From positions 8,683-72,682 of the IMG/VR virus record IMGVR_UViG_3300028844_005117: a stretch of DNA of 64,000 nucleotides; one strand, given 5' to 3'. Made by a program: the position numbers and the translations under genes. Positions within the stretch are counted from its first letter, which is position 1. Each line of letters starts with the position of its first letter. Of this stretch, positions 1 through 8,545 are shown piece by piece. The stretch comes from a virus. The notes beneath the pieces were generated by a model that searched no databases, was not told where the DNA came from, and worked only from the letters and a program-made list of their open reading frames with translations.

Positions 1-90
1 ATATGAAAGATTTTTGGAAACCAATAGGAATGTACATAAGTAAATTTGTAAGAAAACCTAAGTACTTAAGAACACCTAAAAAATAGAAAT

Positions 91-246
91 ATGAATTTAT
101 ATAAAATAACATACAACGGAAATACTCAATACATAGTAGCTAAATCTTATCAAGGTGTTCACGATACATGGCATCTAGTAAAAGACAGATACCAAATAAC
201 TAATATTGAATTAGTAGAAGAAAATATAAAAATTGAGACCACTTAA
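91..246 (+). CDS. small hypothetical protein (51 aa, not in ORF track)
   Basis: ATG at 91 to TAA at 246, MNLYKITYNG...IETT. Confidence 0.45.
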   Translation: MNLYKITYNGNTQYIVAKSYQGVHDTWHLVKDRYQITNIELVEENIKIETT

Positions 247-377
247 ATTATTTCTACATTTAATGATAATACTTCATTTAATTATGTCGTATCTATCAGT
301 AGTAAACAACGGGAAGCATCTATGGCTTTATCTATTCTTTGCTGGGTATTTTATCCTTAGATTACGAAATGTAGAAA

Positions 378-641
378 CTAAGTGATGTGAAGGTGTTTCT
401 TTATAAATGGTAGTACAGCCTCAGTTTTTAAATAAAAGACACGACAGAGTATCAGAGATAGGGAATACATCGCACTATATCGTTCATTTGGGTTGGATAG
501 TTTATATACCTTCCCATCTTCCTCAATTTTAATTACTCGTTTAAAATTGCCAGTTGTTGATGGGTATCCATTCTCGTTGACACGCATCCTTATTATTGGA
601 AAACCCTCTTTTAAAAATCTAAGTATAATTTCATCATTCAT
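378..641 (-). CDS. hypothetical protein
   Basis: 87 aa ORF; overlaps the stop of the upstream minus ORF. Confidence 0.55.
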   Translation of the reverse strand: MNDEIILRFLKEGFPIIRMRVNENGYPSTTGNFKRVIKIEEDGKVYKLSNPNERYSAMYSLSLILCRVFYLKTEAVLPFIKKHLHIT

Positions 642-951
642 TTACAATAATATATTCAAAGTCAATATCCTCAGTTAAGGTTTGTTCGTAATCACCACCA
701 ATTGATATATTATCCACAAATTGACGGTACCAATTCTTTTTAATTAATGGAGCGTTATTATCTAACAACCAATTAAAGGTTATTGCGTAAGAATAATCTT
801 CCTCTAAATCAAATGTCCTTCTAATGAAATCCTCTAAATTTGAATAACCGATTTCAATCGAATCATTATCAATACTATATACACAACCACCCTCTATAGA
901 ACAATAGAAATTTTTATTTAAGAATTTTATTATCATATTTTTCATATACAA
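634..951 (-). CDS. hypothetical protein
   Basis: 105 aa ORF with phage-like composition. Confidence 0.6.
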   Translation of the reverse strand: MYMKNMIIKFLNKNFYCSIEGGCVYSIDNDSIEIGYSNLEDFIRRTFDLEEDYSYAITFNWLLDNNAPLIKKNWYRQFVDNISIGGDYEQTLTEDIDFEYIIVNE

Positions 952-1074
952 TAATAGGATTTTTATTTGTAAAGGTAAAGATTAAAATGAGGTAATCATA
1001 TGGTCACCAAACTCTTCCCAATCATCAATTTCATCTTCTGGTTCTTTTAACATAATAACTTTAAAAATAAATAC

Positions 1075-1105
1075 TTGAAACTTTACTAAAAATAACGTAT
1101 ATTTG
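1075..1105 (+). promoter_or_regulatory. Bacteroidota-type sigma-A promoter
   Basis: TTG(1075)-N20-TATATTTG(1098-1105), just upstream of ATG 1110. Confidence 0.6.
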
Positions 1106-1109
1106 GGTA

Positions 1110-1433
1110 ATGGATAGTGAAGATAAATTAAGACGTTGGGTTGAGTATTCATTATGTGAATGGGCATTGGTAATATACCCAAGGTCTGGTTCTAAATCAA
1201 CAACTTTCAATTCATTTTGTGAACGACTTAAAGAGTCAATAATAAATGATAATTTATCTAGTAGGGATAAAAATGTCTTAAGTTATATATCCTATAAGGC
1301 GAATAGAACGTTTTCTTTGAATGATAAAGATATTGGTGACATATGTTGTGGGTTCTTTATTAATGATAGATGGAATAGATACCAAAGGGCTATTAGATAT
1401 ATGAAAAAGGTTAACTGGGAATTAGTAGATTGA
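1110..1433 (+). CDS. hypothetical protein
   Basis: 107 aa ORF with its own promoter. Confidence 0.6.
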   Translation: MDSEDKLRRWVEYSLCEWALVIYPRSGSKSTTFNSFCERLKESIINDNLSSRDKNVLSYISYKANRTFSLNDKDIGDICCGFFINDRWNRYQRAIRYMKKVNWELVD

Positions 1434-1673
1434 TTTAATTTTAATTCTACCAGCCTTGTATTCATATTCCTTCATTTTCAAGTATTCTCTTGCAACACCC
1501 CTTACTTTAGATATTGGGAAGACACCAATAAATGGTTTATGTGCGACCTCAGTTACACGCATGACCGCACCATCACGACTTTTACTTTGACCTTTAACAT
1601 ATTGATAAACTGCTGGATGTGAGTCCAGTATCATTATGTTCATAGCTTTCCATATTAATGTTGTATCCGTCAT
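1422..1673 (-). CDS. hypothetical protein (likely start MTDTT at 1673)
   Basis: the shorter start avoids overlap with thioredoxin and lies 13 nt from the late motif. Confidence 0.55.
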   Translation of the reverse strand: MTDTTLIWKAMNIMILDSHPAVYQYVKGQSKSRDGAVMRVTEVAHKPFIGVFPISKVRGVAREYLKMKEYEYKAGRIKIKSIY

Positions 1674-1686
1674 TGAATATTTAATG

Positions 1687-1698
1687 TATTTATAAATA
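1687..1698. promoter_or_regulatory. palindromic bidirectional late-promoter motif TATTTATAAATA
   Basis: perfect 12-bp palindrome between divergent ATGs at 1673 and 1711. Confidence 0.5.
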
Positions 1699-1710
1699 AA
1701 CATAGAAATT

Positions 1711-2022
1711 ATGAAAAGTATAGTGGTGGACGACAAAACAATAAAAACATTCATTAATGAGGGTATCGTAGTATTAGACTTCTGGGCACCTTGGTGTGGT
1801 CCATGTAAAACCTTAGGACCAATAATTGATTCATTAGCAAAAAATAATGAAGGTGTTAACGTTGGTAAAGTTAATGTTGATGATAGTGGAATTTCAGCGG
1901 CAGCTTATGGTATAAGAACTATACCAACAATAATTTTCTTTAAAGATGGTGAGGAAAGTACAAGAATAAATGGTGTTCATTCGTTAAGTGCACTACAAAA
2001 AATTATTGATGAATTAGTCTAA
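1711..2022 (+). CDS. trxA: thioredoxin
   Basis: DFWAPWCGPCK active site, YGIRTIPT motif, 103 aa. Confidence 0.95.
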   Translation: MKSIVVDDKTIKTFINEGIVVLDFWAPWCGPCKTLGPIIDSLAKNNEGVNVGKVNVDDSGISAAAYGIRTIPTIIFFKDGEESTRINGVHSLSALQKIIDELV

Positions 2023-2075
2023 CATTTTAGCTTTTTCAATGATTGGGAAATATTTATTATTAAACAATAAAGTTA

Positions 2076-2414
2076 ATGAAAATTAAAATAAACGATAGAC
2101 AAGGCTTACTGTTAACTAAGTTTGTGATGAATGAATCAAATGATTATGAATTCATCATAAAGAACGTGGTTGATGACTTAAATCTTAACTATGAACCAAC
2201 GGTTGGAATGTATCGTGAGGGTGGTGAATATTTTGAACAACCAATTGTCAAGATTAAAGCTGACAATGAAATGGTTTCACCAGAACATTTATTTTATTAT
2301 TTAGAATACAAACATAAGGGTGCTGGGAAGTCATTATTAAAGCAGATTATTTTAGATTGGTTAAATGGTGATATAAAGAATTATAAATTAACGAAAAACG
2401 TTGGGCTGAGATAA
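2076..2414 (+). CDS. hypothetical protein, possible late/virion protein
   Basis: TATTTATT at 2051; N-terminal MKIKIN...VMNE motif. Confidence 0.7.
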   Translation: MKIKINDRQGLLLTKFVMNESNDYEFIIKNVVDDLNLNYEPTVGMYREGGEYFEQPIVKIKADNEMVSPEHLFYYLEYKHKGAGKSLLKQIILDWLNGDIKNYKLTKNVGLR

Positions 2415-2418
2415 TGGA

Positions 2419-2748
2419 TTGGGTATGGGGTTGAAGAATAAAATAAGGAAAGCACTTAGAGAATCTTATGGAGAATTCACGACCAATTTAGAACACGAAT
2501 ATTTAAACGAAGTTACACAAGCATTAATAGTAGGTTCAACACATGACAAGGAAGAATGGGCTACTTATAATCAAGTCATTGTAGAGTTAAAACACAACAT
2601 AAAGGATACTTTAAAAGTTAGAGAATTATTGTATAGATTAACAAATCGTGAAGACCCAAACAATGCATGCATAGAAGTTATCAAAGAAATTAATGGTAGA
2701 ACTGATGAACTTGAAAGGTTATATAATAAGATAAATAATTTTTCATAA
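2419..2748 (+). CDS. hypothetical protein
   Basis: 109 aa ORF in an operon; ALRE motif near the N-terminus. Confidence 0.7.
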   Translation: MGMGLKNKIRKALRESYGEFTTNLEHEYLNEVTQALIVGSTHDKEEWATYNQVIVELKHNIKDTLKVRELLYRLTNREDPNNACIEVIKEINGRTDELERLYNKINNFS

Positions 2749-2866
2749 TTATTTTCTGGGCATACATTAAGGAATCAAAGATAACCAAAAATTTAACACA
2801 TTTTCTAGTCGAAACGGGTATCTCAATGCTATTTATTGTTATAAAATAAAAGTAAAAAATTGGCAC

Positions 2867-3205
2867 ATGAAAGATACTAATTTTAAAACACAAGCAAGTT
2901 TCAGTAATAATAATTCACTAGAGAAAATGTATGGGAGATTACTTAGAACCACATTAATTAATATTGATGATGATAATGGGTACAGAGATGAAACATATAG
3001 AATAATAATATTTGAATTACAAAAAGAACATGACTATAATACCTACGATGAAATCAAATATAGGATAACCGATGGTGAAGATGTTAATGAGGTTTTTTAT
3101 GACATAATACAACGAGGGGATTATTCCAGTAGTGTAATATGGCTTATGAAAGAACAAATAGAATGTTATATTGACGAAGATAAATATAAAAGATTTTATC
3201 AATAA
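2867..3205 (+). CDS. hypothetical protein (weakly similar to the preceding ORF: YRITDGEDVN vs YRLTNREDPN)
   Basis: 112 aa ORF followed by a terminator. Confidence 0.7.
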   Translation: MKDTNFKTQASFSNNNSLEKMYGRLLRTTLINIDDDNGYRDETYRIIIFELQKEHDYNTYDEIKYRITDGEDVNEVFYDIIQRGDYSSSVIWLMKEQIECYIDEDKYKRFYQ

Positions 3206-3207
3206 GG

Positions 3208-3236
3208 AAATGTGGCTTCGGTCACATTTTTTTTTT
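3208..3236 (+). terminator. intrinsic terminator with cUUCGg tetraloop
   Basis: aaatgtggc-TTCG-gtcacattt followed by a T-run. Confidence 0.85.
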
Positions 3237-3245
3237 GAAATAATA

Positions 3246-3276
3246 TTGCTTATATCATTTAGTTTTAGTACCTTTG
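3246..3276 (+). promoter_or_regulatory. Bacteroidota-type sigma-A promoter
   Basis: TTG-N20-TACCTTTG upstream of ATG 3293. Confidence 0.6.
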
Positions 3277-3292
3277 TGGTAAATTAATAGTA

Positions 3293-4720
3293 ATGAGTAA
3301 ATTAGACGTAACCGAAAGGTTAGCATTTTTAGCGGAAAAGTTTGATGTGTTTGAAACAGATTCAGATGGTAACGCTAATGATAAACGTAATAGTTTACAT
3401 GAGGAAGGGTGGGAAAAAATAAAAATATATGGTGGTCGTGAAAATCACTTGGTGATTGCTGTAGTATCATCAAAACCAAATAAAAGGGGGTTCCCTATTA
3501 TTAAAGTTAGTGTAGCATATAATGTATTTACGGCTATGGTTGGTGCTGACCCGACACCGAACAAAATTTGTTTACAATGGATGCTTAATACATTCTGTAG
3601 AGATTTAAAGGAGGGGTATGATGCTGAGGCAAGACGATTTGTTGAAGAGGACTTACCACAAGCTAATGAATACTTAACACTATTCGAGGCGAATAAAAGA
3701 AAGAAGAAGTTTAGGGAGATGGCTGAATATAGTCTTAAGGGGTTTAAGGACATCACCAACATAAATGAATATAGAAGTTTAAGTCAATTATTTGATGCGG
3801 TAGACCCGTTCATTATAAGAGACCCAAGCGAGATTGAAAGTATAATGAATAGATATGTAAATATGGGACAAGCAACAATACCGTTTAAAGATAGACGATA
3901 CACGGTATTTGTTCCTAAAACATTGGATGCTAATGTTATCTTTGATAGGTTTTCAAGTTGGTGTACAGCTAAGGCTGGTAATGGCATGTTTAAAAATTAT
4001 ACTGAGAATTATAGAAAACCCAATGGTGATAAAGCAGATATCTACATTGTCATTGATAATGGGTTCTTTGAAGGGTTAAATGAGAATATTTATCAGTTAC
4101 ACTTTGAAACTAGACAGATTAAGGATAGGAGTAATAGTATACATAAGAATACTGATTTATATGATGAAGTCTTAACAAGAAGTGTTGGGTTAACAAACTA
4201 CTTAGGTAGTGAGTTGATGGGGATGGCTAAGGATTTTAAAGACGGTGTTGATAGTAACTATTATATTGATATCTTGACTGAGTTTGGGTTTACTGAATCG
4301 TTGTTTGAATTCTTTGATGAAGAGACACCGATTATAAAGATTGATTCTGGGACTTCAAATAAGAAGCGTAAGGTACCTAAATTACCAGATGTATCTAGAT
4401 TTAAAGAATTAGAGATGATGGTTATTATGGATTCATCATTATCAGTTTTACATCCATCGATTGGGTCATTGAAAAATTTGATGCTTCTTTCGTTGAATGG
4501 GAATAAAATAAAGGAATTACCAAGTGAATTAGGGAAACTTAAAAACTTAGAGTTTCTTAACTTAGTTGGGAATCCCATTACGGTTATTCCAGAGTCAATT
4601 AAGATGTTAGATAAGTCTAGAGGTGGGAAACTATATAGACTAGCGATAAATAAAAAAGATATTAGTGAGAACAATTATCAAAAATTAGTGGAACTATTAC
4701 CAAGTGTAAAGTTTAACTAA
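3293..4720 (+). CDS. leucine-rich-repeat protein with large N-terminal domain (SSWCTA motif)
   Basis: C-terminal LxxLxLxxNxIxxLP repeats (LKNLMLLSLNGNKIKELPSELGKLKNLEFLNLVGNPITVIP). Confidence 0.85.
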   Translation: MSKLDVTERLAFLAEKFDVFETDSDGNANDKRNSLHEEGWEKIKIYGGRENHLVIAVVSSKPNKRGFPIIKVSVAYNVFTAMVGADPTPNKICLQWMLNTFCRDLKEGYDAEARRFVEEDLPQANEYLTLFEANKRKKKFREMAEYSLKGFKDITNINEYRSLSQLFDAVDPFIIRDPSEIESIMNRYVNMGQATIPFKDRRYTVFVPKTLDANVIFDRFSSWCTAKAGNGMFKNYTENYRKPNGDKADIYIVIDNGFFEGLNENIYQLHFETRQIKDRSNSIHKNTDLYDEVLTRSVGLTNYLGSELMGMAKDFKDGVDSNYYIDILTEFGFTESLFEFFDEETPIIKIDSGTSNKKRKVPKLPDVSRFKELEMMVIMDSSLSVLHPSIGSLKNLMLLSLNGNKIKELPSELGKLKNLEFLNLVGNPITVIPESIKMLDKSRGGKLYRLAINKKDISENNYQKLVELLPSVKFN

Positions 4721-4739
4721 TAATAATAAAAGATAATTA

Positions 4740-4766
4740 AAGCCTCACAATTGTGGGGCTTTTTTT
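4740..4766 (+). terminator. intrinsic terminator
   Basis: agcctcaca-at-tgtggggct followed by a T-run. Confidence 0.8.
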
Positions 4767-4814
4767 GTTAATAGACTTCTATTTATGAATAGAGGTTATT
4801 AAAAATGTAAAATT

Positions 4815-5384
4815 ATGAGTGTTATGAAATGGAAAAGAGAAGGTAAAGGTGATTATGCTGGTCCAATTGGTAAGCCAATTGTTGAGTACTTAGAAAAGTT
4901 ATTTGATGAAGAATTAGAAAAAGGATTCAGATTAAAGGTAGCTGTTGGTACCGATTCTCAAAAGAAGGGTGGTGGATATAAATTCGCTACAGTAATCCTA
5001 ATCTCAACAGAAAGAAGTCTTGGGTTAGATAAGGATGGTACTGAAATTATGAAAGGTGGTGGTGCTATGATTATCGGTGCAACATTCTGGGAAGAAATGA
5101 AGGCTAGTACTAGGGCTAAGAAGCATAGGGAACTTGAGGTTCTTAACCAAAGAATGGTATTAGAAGTAAGTAAGTCTATTGAAGTGGCGTATGAAATTGC
5201 ACCATTGTTAGATTTGTATGGAATCAAGTTAGAGATTCACGCTGACATCAACCCAGACCCAGATAGAGGTGCATCTAACAGTGCTTTAAATGAGGCGGTT
5301 GGTTACATCTTAGGTATGGGTTATGAGTATAAGGTTAAACCAGAAGCATGGGCAGCTTCAAAAGCAGCTGATAATCTTTGCTAA
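4815..5384 (+). CDS. RNase H-like YkuK (DUF458) family protein
   Basis: VGTDSQ, EVSKSIE, EIHADIN and KPEAWAASKAAD motifs. Confidence 0.8.
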   Translation: MSVMKWKREGKGDYAGPIGKPIVEYLEKLFDEELEKGFRLKVAVGTDSQKKGGGYKFATVILISTERSLGLDKDGTEIMKGGGAMIIGATFWEEMKASTRAKKHRELEVLNQRMVLEVSKSIEVAYEIAPLLDLYGIKLEIHADINPDPDRGASNSALNEAVGYILGMGYEYKVKPEAWAASKAADNLC

Positions 5385-5424
5385 CTATTGATTTTTACCC
5401 CGTCCTTAGTATATTTATTGATGT

Positions 5425-5583
5425 ATGCATAAATTTCAATTAAAGACTAAGGACGGTGAGGTAATTAACAAGGTATATGCAACCTCTATTAATGAGGCAC
5501 GTAGTATCTTTGCTAAGATAAAACACTTACCAATAAGTGATTTAGTTAGACTCTTTAATGTTGTTATTGAGTCCAATACTTAG
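5425..5583 (+). CDS. small hypothetical protein (52 aa, not in ORF track)
   Basis: MHKFQLKTKDGEVINK...ESNT*, TATTTATT immediately upstream. Confidence 0.6.
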   Translation: MHKFQLKTKDGEVINKVYATSINEARSIFAKIKHLPISDLVRLFNVVIESNT

Positions 5584-5685
5584 ATTAGTTAATATTAAAA
5601 TATAATTTATTTTGTATTACTAAGATTTTTGTGGTATTTCAATATATTTATTATTAAAGATAATATTTTTTTAAACTTAATAGGT

Positions 5686-5904
5686 ATGTCAAAAAACACA
5701 AAACAAAAAACTGTCTTCATTGAAGAAAACAACTTAGTTGATTTAATCGATAACATTATCACTGAGGCTGTTGCTTCTGAAAAGAAAGTATGGATTGCTG
5801 AAAACGAAAAGAAATCAGCACATAAAAACTCTCTTTTAGAATCAAGAGTTGCGAAACTAGAGAAGATGCTTTTGAATGCGAAAGTAACTAAAACAGTTAA
5901 GTAA
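5686..5904 (+). CDS. hypothetical late protein (start MSKNTK)
   Basis: late motif upstream, terminator downstream, coiled-coil character. Confidence 0.7.
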   Translation: MSKNTKQKTVFIEENNLVDLIDNIITEAVASEKKVWIAENEKKSAHKNSLLESRVAKLEKMLLNAKVTKTVK

Positions 5905-5928
5905 AAAACTTAAAAAATTAAATAAATC

Positions 5929-5962
5929 ATAGCTGGTAACTTAATTGTTACTGGCTATTTTT
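5929..5962 (+). terminator. intrinsic terminator
   Basis: atagctggtaac-ttaatt-gttactggctat followed by Ts. Confidence 0.7.
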
Positions 5963-6014
5963 ATTCCCTAAACTTTAGCGTTTACATTGAGATGTACTAT
6001 AGTATATTTAATCT

Positions 6015-6689
6015 ATGATAAAGTTAATTAGAAGTACAACCCCTTTGTCGGTAGATATTTACCACGATGAGTTTATTGCTGCGGCTGAGAAAGCCTTCGA
6101 CTGTACATCTAACGGAAAGTCAGAAACATATCCTTGGATGAAACCAGAGATACCTAATGAATTTGGTATTGGAGTCATTGTGGGTTCTAGTGGTTCTGGA
6201 AAATCAACATTATTAAAAGACTTTGGAGAAGAAGAAGAGCCTATTTGGTTCAATAGTAGGGCAATCGTATCACACTTCGAAACACCAGATGACGCAATGA
6301 ATCGATTAATGGCTGTTGGTCTCAATACAATACCAGCATGGTACAGACCATTTCAATTCTTATCCAACGGTGAACAATTTAGAGCCGATTTAGCAAGGAA
6401 GATAAAGGATGGGGCGGTAATAGATGAATTTAGTTCAGTGGTTGATAGGAATGTTGCTAAGGCTGCTTCTGTTGCATTGTCACGTTATGTAAAGAAAAAT
6501 AATATTAAGAATGTGGTCCTATCCACATGTCATCGAGATATACTTGAATGGATTGAACCAGATTGGGTTATAGATACAGATGTTGGTGAGTTCACTGACG
6601 GTTTTTTTTTACCCGACCAGAAATCAAAATCGACGTACACAGAATTGACAAGTCCCTATGGGGAATGTTTAAAGACCATCATTATTTAA
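6015..6689 (+). CDS. ABC-type ATPase (N-terminal part of an ATPase-GNAT fusion)
   Basis: Walker A GSSGSGKST, signature LSNGE, Walker B VIDEF, H-loop STCH. Confidence 0.9.
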   Translation: MIKLIRSTTPLSVDIYHDEFIAAAEKAFDCTSNGKSETYPWMKPEIPNEFGIGVIVGSSGSGKSTLLKDFGEEEEPIWFNSRAIVSHFETPDDAMNRLMAVGLNTIPAWYRPFQFLSNGEQFRADLARKIKDGAVIDEFSSVVDRNVAKAASVALSRYVKKNNIKNVVLSTCHRDILEWIEPDWVIDTDVGEFTDGFFLPDQKSKSTYTELTSPYGECLKTIII

Positions 6690-7090
6690 CTGGTGACCTA
6701 TCTAATGCATCAAGATGTTATGCTGGGTATTGGGATGGACAATTAGTTGCATTCGGTGCCTCTATGACAATGCCTAATGGTTACATCAAGAATGCTTGGC
6801 GTGGTCATAGAACTGTAATACTCCCAGATTATCAAGGTATGGGTATTGGTGTAAGGTTTTCAGATGCCATTGCAGAGATTCACCTTAACCAAGGTCATCG
6901 ATATTTTTCAAGGACTGCACACCCCCGCATGGGCTTCTATCGTGAGACCTCACCCTTATGGAAACCAACCTCTAAAAATAGAAAGCTTAGAAAGGATGTT
7001 ACCCACGAGAATCTCTTTAATAATCACTATGCAGACAACAAACGAATATGTTTCAGTCACGAATATATAGGAAAAGATTTGCATAAGTGA
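6611..7090 (+). CDS. GNAT/Mom-like acetyltransferase, in the -1 frame after a T9 run
   Basis: TRPEIKIDVH...WGMFKDHHYL; RTVILPDYQGMGIG acetyl-CoA motif A; frame is open from 6599. Confidence 0.8.
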   Translation, partial: TRPEIKIDVHRIDKSLWGMFKDHHYLTGDLSNASRCYAGYWDGQLVAFGASMTMPNGYIKNAWRGHRTVILPDYQGMGIGVRFSDAIAEIHLNQGHRYFSRTAHPRMGFYRETSPLWKPTSKNRKLRKDVTHENLFNNHYADNKRICFSHEYIGKDLHK

Positions 7091-7127
7091 TTTATATTTA
7101 GTAACTTGCACCCTTAAACTAGAAATT

Positions 7128-7937
7128 ATGAAATACTTAAGTACAATAATGATAATTATGTTAATATTTTCAACCTTTATGATAGGTAAAATATTATATA
7201 CAAATACTGATATGGATAAGGATTTGGGTAACAACCTAAATCCAACTAAGAGGTTGGACATTGATAAGTGTGTTGATTCCATTCCAGTACCATTAGGTAG
7301 TGTTAATGTTAAACAACGCATTGATAATAAATTAATTGAAAAGTTTGATGGTACTAATTTTGATTATGTTCATCCGAAGTTTAAAGCATTTAACCCTAAT
7401 ATTGATACTACAACGACAAGGTTTTTCGTAGGGGTTATGAGTGCGTATAAATTAGATGTAACAGATTATCATAGGCAAATGTATACTGGACAAATATTAT
7501 TAGAATCTGGCGCAAAACAATACTATGATGATGGTAGGTTGGTTGTTAGTTCTGGTGGGGCAATTGGTTTCACACAGATAATCCCATCAACATGTCAATG
7601 GATGTTAAAAACATATGCTGATTCTAACGATATTAATTTAATAAAAACACTAGGTGCAACAGACTTTACATTTGTGTTTGATACAGAACAATCAACATCT
7701 ACTAAGGTTGCTAAGTGTAAAGAATGGTTATCTAACCCAGTTAATAATATTATAATGTGGGGATTCCTTACAAGTAAGAGTCTTGAAAAGAAAGGTGATG
7801 TTGATACTCAGTTAGTATCATATAATATGGGTGATGGTGGATGTAGAATTTATATCCGTGATGGTGGTGTAGTTTGTAATCACCACTATATTACAGGTAT
7901 TATGAGAAAATTAAATTATGCGAAGTCACATTCTTAG
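7128..7937 (+). CDS. lytic transglycosylase (SLT-like) with N-terminal hydrophobic anchor
   Basis: ESG catalytic motif, SSGGAIGFTQI, YNMG. Confidence 0.7.
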   Translation: MKYLSTIMIIMLIFSTFMIGKILYTNTDMDKDLGNNLNPTKRLDIDKCVDSIPVPLGSVNVKQRIDNKLIEKFDGTNFDYVHPKFKAFNPNIDTTTTRFFVGVMSAYKLDVTDYHRQMYTGQILLESGAKQYYDDGRLVVSSGGAIGFTQIIPSTCQWMLKTYADSNDINLIKTLGATDFTFVFDTEQSTSTKVAKCKEWLSNPVNNIIMWGFLTSKSLEKKGDVDTQLVSYNMGDGGCRIYIRDGGVVCNHHYITGIMRKLNYAKSHS

Positions 7938-8545
7938 TGACTTCGTTGAATCATCATAAATGAGTCGTTAAGCCTCTTAGCTCCCATCTTAGCCCAGAAC
8001 GCTCTACTTTCTGGTGTAGGAGTCACAAGAATTGTTTGAGACGATTCAAACTCTTTAAATATAGCGTGAATAGCTTCTTTGATTATAGTCATATAAAATG
8101 TATTATAATCTGGGTGTAATTCAACAAATACTAATTCTAATGCTTGATTCATGGAATCATTTACAGCTACAGCTAGTTGTCCAGCATCTCTATCGTTGTA
8201 TAATAACTTAAACGTAGTAGTATCTGTAGTTTCGTCAGTTACCCCAAGCTCAACATGTTCTCTGAATAGTCTCTTGATGTTTAATTTAGTAGATTCCTTG
8301 ATGTGCCATTTTTTCTTACCATCTTTTTCCATCTTCTTTAGACGTGTATAATAATCTGGAATCTCAACAAGATGGTCCATAGCAATTTCTTTAGCTAAAT
8401 TTTTACTATTAACATGCTCCATTTCAATCTTGGTACCCATATCAAGTTCTTTGGTAACCTTCTGAATAGACACTTTAAATTTGTCTGCGATGTCCTTCTT
8501 GGTCATCTTATCAGCCTTACCACCCTTTAATTTATCTTTATTCAT
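7934..8545 (-). CDS. DUF5661-like protein with C-terminal GNAT-like domain
   Basis: MGTKIEMEH...AKEIAMDHLxEIPDYYTRLKKME; C-terminal ESRAFWAKMGA. Confidence 0.65.
   Translation of the reverse strand: MNKDKLKGGKADKMTKKDIADKFKVSIQKVTKELDMGTKIEMEHVNSKNLAKEIAMDHLVEIPDYYTRLKKMEKDGKKKWHIKESTKLNIKRLFREHVELGVTDETTDTTTFKLLYNDRDAGQLAVAVNDSMNQALELVFVELHPDYNTFYMTIIKEAIHAIFKEFESSQTILVTPTPESRAFWAKMGAKRLNDSFMMIQRSH

Noticed and set aside
982-1053. 23-aa acidic peptide MLKEPEDEIDDWEEFGDHMITSF (minus strand)
   Set aside because: Too short and without a clear promoter; it cannot be supported from sequence alone.
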